10,506 bases of DNA from Oscillospiraceae bacterium. Lineage in GTDB: Bacteria > Bacillota > Clostridia > Saccharofermentanales > UBA5734. Position numbers and translations under genes: made by a program. The notes under the pieces are model-generated. The model saw only the letters and a program-made list of their open reading frames with translations. It was not told the DNA's origin and searched no databases. The DNA lies in the NCBI GenBank assembly GCA_012521915.1, contig JAAYLM010000068.1, forward strand, positions 1 through 10,506, given 5' to 3'. Each line of letters starts with the position of its first letter. Within the stretch, counting starts at the first letter, position 1. Positions 1-6,618 of the stretch are shown piece by piece.

Positions 1-294
1 ACCCAGTTCAAGGCGCCGCAGCAGATGCAGTTTATGTTGCCACTGGCGCGAACGCATTGAGCGTGGCGGACGTGGGATCGCGACCCAGACTTCAGGACAA
101 AGACGTTGGCGCTGCGTGGCTTGTACGATAACGGTGAGATTGAGCGTCAGCTTCATCTCAACCGCGATCATATCGGTGCCTTTAGCGGCCACAACATCAC
201 AATGGGCCACTTCACCGCGGACACTGTAGCCGGCCTCGTTAAAAAAACGGCGCACCGGGTCATATAGATCTTCCTCACGATAAATTACGGACAC
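1..294 (-). CDS. hypothetical protein, 5' part only; the gene continues past the left edge of the window and the start is ambiguous
   Basis: The minus-strand frame whose codons end at window position 1 is stop-free for the first ~345 nt. Candidate GTG starts lie at 294..292 (GAGGTG six nt upstream) and 303..301. Translation from 294: MSVIYREEDLYDPVRRFFNEAGYSVRGEVAHCDVVAAKGTDMIAVEMKLTLNLTVIVQATQRQRLCPEVWVAIPRPP... No family recognised. The C-terminal part visible here is Arg-rich and odd, so a frameshift or non-coding read-through cannot be excluded. The gene is divergent from the ABC operon. Confidence 0.35.
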   Translation of the reverse strand, partial: MSVIYREEDLYDPVRRFFNEAGYSVRGEVAHCDVVAAKGTDMIAVEMKLTLNLTVIVQATQRQRLCPEVWVAIPRPPRSMRSRQWQHKLHLLRRLELG

Positions 295-444
295 AACAGC
301 CACCTCTTTTTCTTTATGGCAGGAAGCCTGTCTGCCGTTATCTTATCACAGATCAACGGCAACAGGAGCGGCGACCCGCCCCTCCACCACCTGGCAGATA
401 AAAGCGGAAACAAGAAATAATACAAAAAAAGGCAAATCGTCCTC

Positions 445-473
445 TTGTTATCCGGAAAGGGATTGCCTAGACT
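445..473 (+). promoter_or_regulatory. candidate sigma-A-like promoter for the ABC transporter operon (TTGTTA, 17-nt spacer, TAGACT)
   Basis: -35 TTGTTA at 445..450, a 17-nt spacer, then -10 TAGACT at 468..473, about 55 nt upstream of the ATG at 535. The hexamers are weak matches and this is a hand-scan only. Confidence 0.2.
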
Positions 474-534
474 TGAGATGGTCTGGCGAGAAGTCTTGCC
501 AGTTGCCCAGATCCATAAAATAACGGAGGGTTCC

Positions 535-1575
535 ATGAAAAAATTCAGAAAACTACAACTGGTTGTGCTGGCCGTTCTACTGGGTGTCTCCCTGCTGCTG
601 CTGACTGCCTGCCAGCCGGGCACAACGACAACAACAGCTGATCCGGGCGTCACTTCTGCGGCATCCGATACCTGGCCGGTGACGGTGACCAACGCGGCCG
701 GTGAGTCCATTGTTATTGAGAAAAAACCAGAAGCGATCGCGGTCACCAATGTCTGGGCCGCGGAGATGCTGCTTGATATGATTGATGTGTCACGTATAAA
801 GGCCCTGTCGACCTGGGGCGATGACCCTGTCTTGTCAGCAACCGCGGAAAAAGCGGCGGCTGTTGCAGAACGTGTCAATACGCTGGATGCGGAAGGGATT
901 GTCGCAGTAAAGCCTGACCTGGTCATCATCGATACCTTTTCTGACACAGACGGATCCCTGACACGCACGCTCAACGATGCCGGTATTGTTGTTCTCCAGC
1001 TGGCCTCACCGACAAATTTCGCTGAGATCAAGGCGGCCATTGCCACGCTGGCCAACGCGACCGGTGCTGCCGCTGCCGGCGACGCGCTGATCAGCACAAT
1101 TGATGAAACCCTCGACGGCGTTCAGGCAAAACTCTCTGGCCTCGATGACAACCAGAAATTGAACGTTATGTATTATGAGGATTATTATGATGCAAGCGGC
1201 AGCAGTGCCGGCATGTTGGCCGCTTATGGCTCAGGCTCGCCATTTGAAGCCATCGCGGCCGCAGCCGGCCTGGTTAATGTCTGTAATGCCCCGAACTACT
1301 CAGCAGTCAGCAAAGAGAAAGTCGTAGGCGAATGGAAGCCGGATATCCTGATTGTCCCGGCGATCACTTATAACGCCGATTTCAAGGCGATTGATGACAG
1401 CGGTGCCTCGATTATTGCCGCCATTAAAGCAGATCCGCTCATGACAACGCTGCCGGCTGTCCAGAATGATCATGTATTTGCCTTGACTGAGCGATATCGG
1501 GGTTCAACATCACATTACATGGCCCAGGCAGTTGTTGAGCTCGCTGAGAAAGCTTACCCCGACCTCATGTCCTGA
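535..1575 (+). CDS. ABC transporter substrate-binding lipoprotein, class III / FecB-FhuD-BtuF (TroA-like) family (iron-siderophore, heme or cobalamin type)
   Basis: ATG at 535 is preceded by GGAGGG at 525..530. The N-terminus MKKFRKLQLVVLAVLLGVSLLLLTAC is a signal peptide with an L-T-A-C lipobox, followed by a Thr-rich linker (TTTTADPG). The mature part shows KPDLVIID and PEAIAVTNVWAAEMLLDM, typical of periplasmic-binding-protein cluster 8. The longer ORF from 445 lacks an RBS and does not start at the signal peptide. Confidence 0.85.
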   Translation: MKKFRKLQLVVLAVLLGVSLLLLTACQPGTTTTTADPGVTSAASDTWPVTVTNAAGESIVIEKKPEAIAVTNVWAAEMLLDMIDVSRIKALSTWGDDPVLSATAEKAAAVAERVNTLDAEGIVAVKPDLVIIDTFSDTDGSLTRTLNDAGIVVLQLASPTNFAEIKAAIATLANATGAAAAGDALISTIDETLDGVQAKLSGLDDNQKLNVMYYEDYYDASGSSAGMLAAYGSGSPFEAIAAAAGLVNVCNAPNYSAVSKEKVVGEWKPDILIVPAITYNADFKAIDDSGASIIAAIKADPLMTTLPAVQNDHVFALTERYRGSTSHYMAQAVVELAEKAYPDLMS

Positions 1576-1670
1576 AATTATTTCCAGCCAGAACAAAACC
1601 GACTTGGCTGCACAGCCTGGATTCTGTATCCTATTGACAGAAAACAGGCTGTTTGCCTCTGGAGGATATT

Positions 1671-2771
1671 ATGAAAATGACCGGCCAAGACGCGTCAGCG
1701 GCGCAACAAGACAGCGCTCCGGATAAGGCTGCTGCCACTCGCCCGATTTCCATAAGCATGATTCTTGCAGGAGGATCCCTGCTGCTTCTTGCTGCCATGG
1801 TTCTGGCCATTGCATTGGGTTCTGTGCGGGTCAGCCCCTACATGATCCTGCGATCCCTGGCTAACTGGGCTGGTCTGTCGGCGGTACAACCGGACAGTGC
1901 CGAACAGACGATCATTCTGCTGATTCGCATGCCGCGGGTGATCGCCGCTGTCCTGGCAGGAGCAGGACTTGCAGTTTCCGGAACGGTCATGCAGGGCGTA
2001 TTCCGCAATCCGTTGGCTGAACCAGGTATTCTGGGTGTATCAGCAGGTTCCAGTTTTGGTGCACTGCTGGCGATTGCCGGCGGTATGTCTTCATTTTTTA
2101 CTTTACCGGTTTTTGCGTTTTTCGGAGCCATGCTGGCTGTGAGTCTGATTCTCGGGGTGGCACTTTCCAGCGGTGGTCGCTCACGAACCGTTACGCTGAT
2201 CATGAGTGGCATGGCGATCAGCGCCCTGTTCAGTGCCATGACCTCCCTGACACTGACCATGGCTAATGAATACCAGGTGTCCAGCTATGTTTTCTGGACC
2301 ATGGGCGGACTGGCCAACCGGCGCTGGGAGCATGTCCTGGCCATGCTGCCGCCGGTTGCTGTTACGCTGGTGTATATCTTCATCAAAGCCCGTGACTTGG
2401 ATATCCTTCTGCTGGGTGACGAAGAAGCCAGAGCTTTGGGAGTTGCCCCCATGCTGACCAGAATGACCATGATTATCCTGGCCTCTGTCTGTACCGGTGC
2501 GATTGTTTCAGTAACCGGCCCTATTGGCGTTGTCGGCCTGGTCATACCGCACATCATGCGGCTGCTGGTCGGACCGTCTCATCGCACCCTGGCTCTGGCC
2601 AGCGCTTTCGCCGGCGGCATTTTCCTCATGTTGTGCGATTTGCTGACTCGCCTGATTGCCTGGCCTACCGGTGCGGAAATTTCCGTGGGCATTGTCACCG
2701 CCCTGATCGGCGCACCTTACTTTCTGTTTCTGCTTTTCCGTTCAGCGCGCCAGGGCGGGCCTTTGCTTTAA
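1671..2771 (+). CDS. ABC transporter permease, FecCD family (BtuC/HmuU/FepD-like; single-domain, so a homodimer type)
   Basis: ATG at 1671 with GGAGGA at 1661..1666. The protein is multi-pass hydrophobic, with FecCD-signature stretches PRVIAAVLAGAGLAVSGTVMQGVFRNPLAEPGILGVSAGSSFGALLAI and LIGAPYFLFLL. The gene lies 95 nt downstream of the binding-protein gene on the same strand. Confidence 0.85.
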   Translation: MKMTGQDASAAQQDSAPDKAAATRPISISMILAGGSLLLLAAMVLAIALGSVRVSPYMILRSLANWAGLSAVQPDSAEQTIILLIRMPRVIAAVLAGAGLAVSGTVMQGVFRNPLAEPGILGVSAGSSFGALLAIAGGMSSFFTLPVFAFFGAMLAVSLILGVALSSGGRSRTVTLIMSGMAISALFSAMTSLTLTMANEYQVSSYVFWTMGGLANRRWEHVLAMLPPVAVTLVYIFIKARDLDILLLGDEEARALGVAPMLTRMTMIILASVCTGAIVSVTGPIGVVGLVIPHIMRLLVGPSHRTLALASAFAGGIFLMLCDLLTRLIAWPTGAEISVGIVTALIGAPYFLFLLFRSARQGGPLL

Positions 2772-2851
2772 TGCCCCCGGGCAGCAGCAGAAGGTATGGT
2801 TTCTGGCATTCAGAATGAACAGGCAGCTAACCAGGGAAAGGACACGTTTAT

Positions 2852-3685
2852 ATGGAAAACCAGCTAAAAACCATGTCATTGAACAGAACACTGGTCAAAC
2901 TGAAGGCTGAAAACCTTAGCTATGAGGTTGGAAAAGATAAACCCCTGGCCATTCTGCGTGATGTTTCTTTCAGCGCGCAAAGCGGTTCTTTTGTGGGGGT
3001 TGTCGGGCCCAACGGTGCCGGAAAAACAACACTGCTGCGCCAGATTGGCGGTCTTATCCGACCGTCAGGCGGGCAGATCCTCTATAATGGACAGCCGGTC
3101 CAGCAGTTCAAGCCGCGGACCTATGCCAGACTGTGCAGTTACATGCATCAGGATACGGTCGTGCCTTCCGATTTTTCTGTACGTGATGTGGTCATGATGG
3201 GGCGACACCCTTACGCCAGCGCCATGGCCGCTTATTCAGCCGCGGACTACACCTATACATCGCAGTGTATGGAACTGGCAGGCTGCATGCCTGACGCAGA
3301 CAAGCGGGTCACCACATTGTCCGGAGGGGAACGGCAGCGGGTCATGTTTGCCCGTGCCCTGGCTCAGGATACACCACTGATCCTGCTGGATGAACCAACA
3401 TCCAGCCTGGATATCCGGCATGCCAGCGAGGTTTTTCTGGTGATCCGCCGCCTGGCAGCCGCCGGCAAACTGGTTATTGCTGTTCTGCACGATCTGAGAG
3501 CTGCCGCAAAATATTGCGACCAGCTGTTTTTAATGGTTCATGGTCAGCTTGTTGCCTGGGGTGACCCGCAGGATGTACTGCACGAAGGTCACATCCGATA
3601 TGCTTTTGAAATTGAGGCCAAAACTTTTCTGAACCCATTGGGCAACTGGGATTACGATGTGGACAATCTGCCCCGGCAGAGCTGA
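2852..3685 (+). CDS. ABC transporter ATP-binding protein (FecE/FhuC/BtuD-like)
   Basis: RBS GGAAAGGA upstream of the ATG at 2852. Walker A GPNGAGKTTLLR, ABC signature LSGGERQRV, Walker B LILLDEPTSSLD and H-loop VLHDL are all present. It completes a binding-protein/permease/ATPase operon. An alternative ATG at 2873 is possible. Confidence 0.9.
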   Translation: MENQLKTMSLNRTLVKLKAENLSYEVGKDKPLAILRDVSFSAQSGSFVGVVGPNGAGKTTLLRQIGGLIRPSGGQILYNGQPVQQFKPRTYARLCSYMHQDTVVPSDFSVRDVVMMGRHPYASAMAAYSAADYTYTSQCMELAGCMPDADKRVTTLSGGERQRVMFARALAQDTPLILLDEPTSSLDIRHASEVFLVIRRLAAAGKLVIAVLHDLRAAAKYCDQLFLMVHGQLVAWGDPQDVLHEGHIRYAFEIEAKTFLNPLGNWDYDVDNLPRQS

Positions 3686-3689
3686 AACT

Positions 3690-3732
3690 AAAAGCGCGGC
3701 CTGATCTTTTGAAGAGACAGCCCGCGCTTTTG
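3690..3732. terminator. bidirectional rho-independent terminator between the convergent ABC and chrA operons
   Basis: AAAAGCGCGGCCTG (3690..3703), a 14-nt loop, then CAGCCCGCGCTTTT (3718..3731). The stem is GC-rich, with a short G.C mismatch internal loop. An A-tract on the left and a T-tract on the right let it function on both strands. It lies 5 nt after the ATPase stop and ~60 nt after the chrA stop. Confidence 0.6.
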
Positions 3733-3790
3733 TAATCCAGTCAACCAGGACAAAGGTCATACGCCTTGCAGAAAACCGGCGGTCAGCCGT

Positions 3791-4387
3791 CTAGAAAACC
3801 AGATGGAGCAGGAGGCTGGCTGCACCTGCTCCGAAAATCAGCAGCAAAGGATGCAGCTTGAACTTGATCTGGACAAGCAGCGAGATAACAAAAAGAACCA
3901 GCGCGATGGGGACGATGGCTTCCAGGGGTTTTTGGGAAAAGGTATTAAGCCATTGACGAAAACCCTGATCGGCCGTCACATTGATCATCGCGGTTTTTCC
4001 GATGAAGACGGCGGCCGAAATGATCAGCCCAACAACAACAGGCCGGATCCCATAGAAAATCATCGTGTTGAGTGGATGATTCTGGTATTTGCGGAAAATA
4101 CCGGCCACCAGCAACACGAGAAGCAGCGATGGCATGGTCACACCAGCCGTGGCACACAAGCTGCCAATGATCCCGGCTGTTTTATATCCGACATAAGTGG
4201 CTGAGTTAACAGCAATGGGTCCTGGTGTCATTTCGGCGATGGCCAGTATGTCGGCAAACTGGGCAGCAGTCAGCCAGCCATGTTGTGTGATTTCACTCTG
4301 GATCAGGGGTATCATGGCATAGCCGCCACCAAAACTGAAGAGGCCGATCCGGAAAAATGACCAGAAGAGTTCAAGAAACAGCATCAT
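3791..4387 (-). CDS. chrA: chromate transporter ChrA, short-chain (SCHR) subunit, second gene of the pair
   Basis: The protein begins MMLFLELFWSFFRIGLFSFGGGYAMIPLIQSEI...MTPGPIAVNSATYVGY. It carries the CHR-family FGGG-A-P and PGP motifs and is 198 aa, hydrophobic. Its ATG overlaps the upstream gene's TGA (ATGA at 4384..4387). Confidence 0.8.
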   Translation of the reverse strand: MMLFLELFWSFFRIGLFSFGGGYAMIPLIQSEITQHGWLTAAQFADILAIAEMTPGPIAVNSATYVGYKTAGIIGSLCATAGVTMPSLLLVLLVAGIFRKYQNHPLNTMIFYGIRPVVVGLIISAAVFIGKTAMINVTADQGFRQWLNTFSQKPLEAIVPIALVLFVISLLVQIKFKLHPLLLIFGAGAASLLLHLVF

Positions 4388-5049
4388 GACTCGGCTCCTT
4401 TATCTGTATCGGGTGACGGTTTTTTCGGATTGTCCCCGTTCTTTTTGGAGGTATGCCGGTTCTGATCGGTTACACGGCGGACCAGTGTGGGATGGGTCCA
4501 GTAGAGTATAAAGCCCAGCAGGGCACCACCAAGAATGATCAGCAGGGCATGCACCCTGAGAAAGGCAACCAGCACTGTAGCAGCAATAGCCAGCAGCAGC
4601 GTCAGCCAGTCTTTGACGACACGGCGCCCCATTTTGATGGCTGTCAATAAAATCAAGGCGGTGACCGCAGCCAGGATGCCGGTAAAGAACTGCTGAACGA
4701 AAATATTATCCTGAAAGCCTGCCGTGCCAATCGCGATAATTAGAATCACCAGCACTGACGGAAGCACGCAACCCAACATAGCGGCGATGGCACCGCTCAC
4801 GCCGGCCATCTGACGGCCGATGAAAATGGAGGCGTTGACCGCAACGGGTCCGGGCATCGATTGCGCCAGAGCGATCATGTCGATTAGTTCCTCAGGTTTG
4901 ATCCATTTTTTGTTGTCTGTTATTTCCCGTTCAATCAGAGGCAGCATGGCAAAGCCACCGCCAAAAGTAAATAAGCCGATCCGGAAAAAGGTCAGGAACA
5001 GTTTCCAGTGGATTCCGGGCACTACCGGCACATTATTTTGCTGCGTCAT
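4384..5049 (-). CDS. chrA: chromate transporter ChrA, short-chain (SCHR) subunit, first gene of the pair, with a hydrophilic Lys/Asp-rich C-terminal tail
   Basis: ATG at 5049..5047 with GGAGGT five nt upstream; the track's 5052 start is an in-frame TTG one codon earlier. The sequence reads MTQQNNVPVVPGIHWKLFLTFFRIGLFTFGGGFAMLPLIEREI...SMPGPVAVNASIFIGRQ. This is the same CHR repeat unit as the downstream gene, so the pair is a two-gene split ChrA as in the B. subtilis YwrA/YwrB type. Confidence 0.8.
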   Translation of the reverse strand: MTQQNNVPVVPGIHWKLFLTFFRIGLFTFGGGFAMLPLIEREITDNKKWIKPEELIDMIALAQSMPGPVAVNASIFIGRQMAGVSGAIAAMLGCVLPSVLVILIIAIGTAGFQDNIFVQQFFTGILAAVTALILLTAIKMGRRVVKDWLTLLLAIAATVLVAFLRVHALLIILGGALLGFILYWTHPTLVRRVTDQNRHTSKKNGDNPKKPSPDTDKGAES

Positions 5050-5074
5050 CAAATACCTCCAAAGTGTATAACAA

Positions 5075-5102
5075 AAGCCGGAAGTAAATGCAGCCCCGGC
5101 TT
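5075..5102 (-). terminator. hairpin with a U-run on the minus strand: terminator for the MFS transcript or attenuator just upstream of chrA
   Basis: On minus-strand RNA the structure is AAGCCGG, a 14-nt loop, CCGGCUU, then UUUGUU. It is a 7-bp stem lying ~20 nt upstream of the chrA RBS and ~165 nt downstream of the MFS stop. The loop is long and the U-tract is interrupted. Confidence 0.3.
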
Positions 5103-5267
5103 GTCAGGTGAACAGCTGACAGCTTACCATAAATCTCCTGATTTTGCACCACCAGACAAACAGGTAGAACATCTTTTCCAAAGTCTTTTTCGGTGTTTTA
5201 TCCTGCTGCGCAGGATGGAAAGCTACTCAGGCAAATCAATGAGCTGCTGCCTTTGAGAGCAGATCAT

Positions 5268-6605
5268 TCAAGTGGCTGTCGCGTCCGCCTCCATGTCATC
5301 TGGAGCAGCGGCCAGTGGATCTGCTTCACCATGGCGGACATTGATCATGCAGATCAGAGCAAGCGCAAAGGCAATCACTGAATAGAAAAACAATGTCGCA
5401 TAATTATCTGTCAGATCCCTGATCCAGCCGAACAAAGTCGGACTGAGGATCGCGGCACTGAAAGAAAAGAAATAATAGTACCCCGTGAAACTGCCGATCC
5501 GATCTTTACGGGCCAGTTCAAGGACCATGGGCAGTGAATTGATGTTGACACAAGCCCAGAACATACCGCCCAGTAAGAGCAGAACGCGCAGCAGCATCAG
5601 CTCTTCGATAAAGAGCATGGGGATAAACACCGCAATCAGCCCGACCAGTCCGATCAGAATCAATTTTTTTCTGCCAAAGCGGCTGGCAAGCAGACCTGAC
5701 GGAAGGGCGAATATCACCAATGTCAAAGAAAAAAAGGTCAACGTCATGGTCGCATCGCCTTTAGAGACCTGAAGTTGTTTGGTAGCATAAAGTGTAAAGA
5801 AAGATTCAACAGCATTATAACCGCAAAACCAGAAGAATATGGCCAGAAGCAGGGCGATAAGGCTGCGCTTCTCCCCCTTGTCAAGACCGCTGAACATCTC
5901 TTTCCCGATCTTGTGTTTCACATTATCCCCATCTGCCTGGCTGTCAGCAGAAACAGCCGCTTTTCCGGATGTTGCCTGTGCCGCCAGAAGATCAGCACGA
6001 CCCTCAAGAATACGGGCCATGCGCCGGCTGTCTGGTTCACGGACAAAGAAAACCAGCATCAGCAAGGCGAACAGCATAACGATGGAACCCATAAGGAAGG
6101 GCATATTGTCTCCGCCGATTTTCGCTAATGTACCGCCGGCAAGAAAAGCGACAATGCCTCCGACGCCACCCATCAGGTTGATGACGCCATTCGCTTTGCT
6201 GCGATGGATCGACGGTGTCAGGTGCGGCATCAGGGAAACGACCGGTGAGCGCCAGATTGACATGATAAGGTTAAAAACAATAATCACGGACATCATGGTC
6301 AGCAAACTGCCTGTTCGCGGTATGAAAAAGAAAGCCAGGGCACAGATCGGTATGCCGACCAGGATGTAGGGCATGCGTTTGCCAAACCGTGTTCGTGTGC
6401 GGTCACTGATCTGACCTACCAGAGGCTGGAAGACCACACCGAAGATGTTATCGATTGTCATGATAAAGCCAATGAGAGCGGTACTTTGCAGGTAGCGCTC
6501 TTCCAGCAGGAGCGGTACAAAGCTGTTATAAAGGCTCCAGGCCAGTGAACTGGCAAAAAAACCAAAACCAATCAGAAAGGTTTTGCTGTAATTCAATTTC
6601 TGCAT
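5268..6605 (-). CDS. MFS-superfamily transporter, 12-TM, GPH/MFS_2-like (445 aa)
   Basis: ATG at 6605..6603 with AGGAGG six nt upstream. The N-terminus is MQKLNYSKTFLIGFGFFASS..., and the motif GQISDRTRTRFGKRMPY between TM2 and TM3 is the D-R-x-G-(K/R)-R-x-P-type cation-symporter motif. A central hydrophilic loop separates two six-helix halves. The track ORF extending to 6779 has no RBS and overlaps the upstream gene. The gene starts 14 nt after the GDPD stop, so the two are co-transcribed. Confidence 0.8.
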   Translation of the reverse strand: MQKLNYSKTFLIGFGFFASSLAWSLYNSFVPLLLEERYLQSTALIGFIMTIDNIFGVVFQPLVGQISDRTRTRFGKRMPYILVGIPICALAFFFIPRTGSLLTMMSVIIVFNLIMSIWRSPVVSLMPHLTPSIHRSKANGVINLMGGVGGIVAFLAGGTLAKIGGDNMPFLMGSIVMLFALLMLVFFVREPDSRRMARILEGRADLLAAQATSGKAAVSADSQADGDNVKHKIGKEMFSGLDKGEKRSLIALLLAIFFWFCGYNAVESFFTLYATKQLQVSKGDATMTLTFFSLTLVIFALPSGLLASRFGRKKLILIGLVGLIAVFIPMLFIEELMLLRVLLLLGGMFWACVNINSLPMVLELARKDRIGSFTGYYYFFSFSAAILSPTLFGWIRDLTDNYATLFFYSVIAFALALICMINVRHGEADPLAAAPDDMEADATAT

Positions 6606-6618
6606 AAGCTGCCTCCTG

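Noticed and set aside
316-420. 34-codon plus-strand small ORF (MAGSLSAVILSQINGNRSGDPPLHHLADKSGNKK) in the divergent leader
   Set aside because: It has no Shine-Dalgarno, lies inside predicted RNA/DNA hairpins, and shows no coding-like features.
264-534. Cobalamin riboswitch upstream of the BtuFCD-like importer
   Set aside because: I could not find the B12-box or the conserved GGGAA / GGTGAAA-TCC / GCAACTG elements by eye on either strand. Only generic hairpins are present. This is left as an open check (cmscan) rather than a call.
285-1097. 270-aa minus-strand ORF overlapping the substrate-binding protein gene
   Set aside because: It is antisense to a well-supported CDS, has an Ala/Ser/Thr/Val-rich low-complexity composition typical of the reverse frame of a GC-rich gene, and has no RBS.
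3803-4204. 133-aa hydrophilic plus-strand ORF
   Set aside because: It is antisense to the hydrophobic chrA gene; charged antisense translation of a membrane protein is a common artefact.
5839-6369. 176-aa plus-strand ORF, and the 117-aa ORF at 5775..6128
   Set aside because: Both are antisense to the MFS transporter gene. They are Arg/Ser-rich, have no SD, and overlap a gene with clear family motifs.
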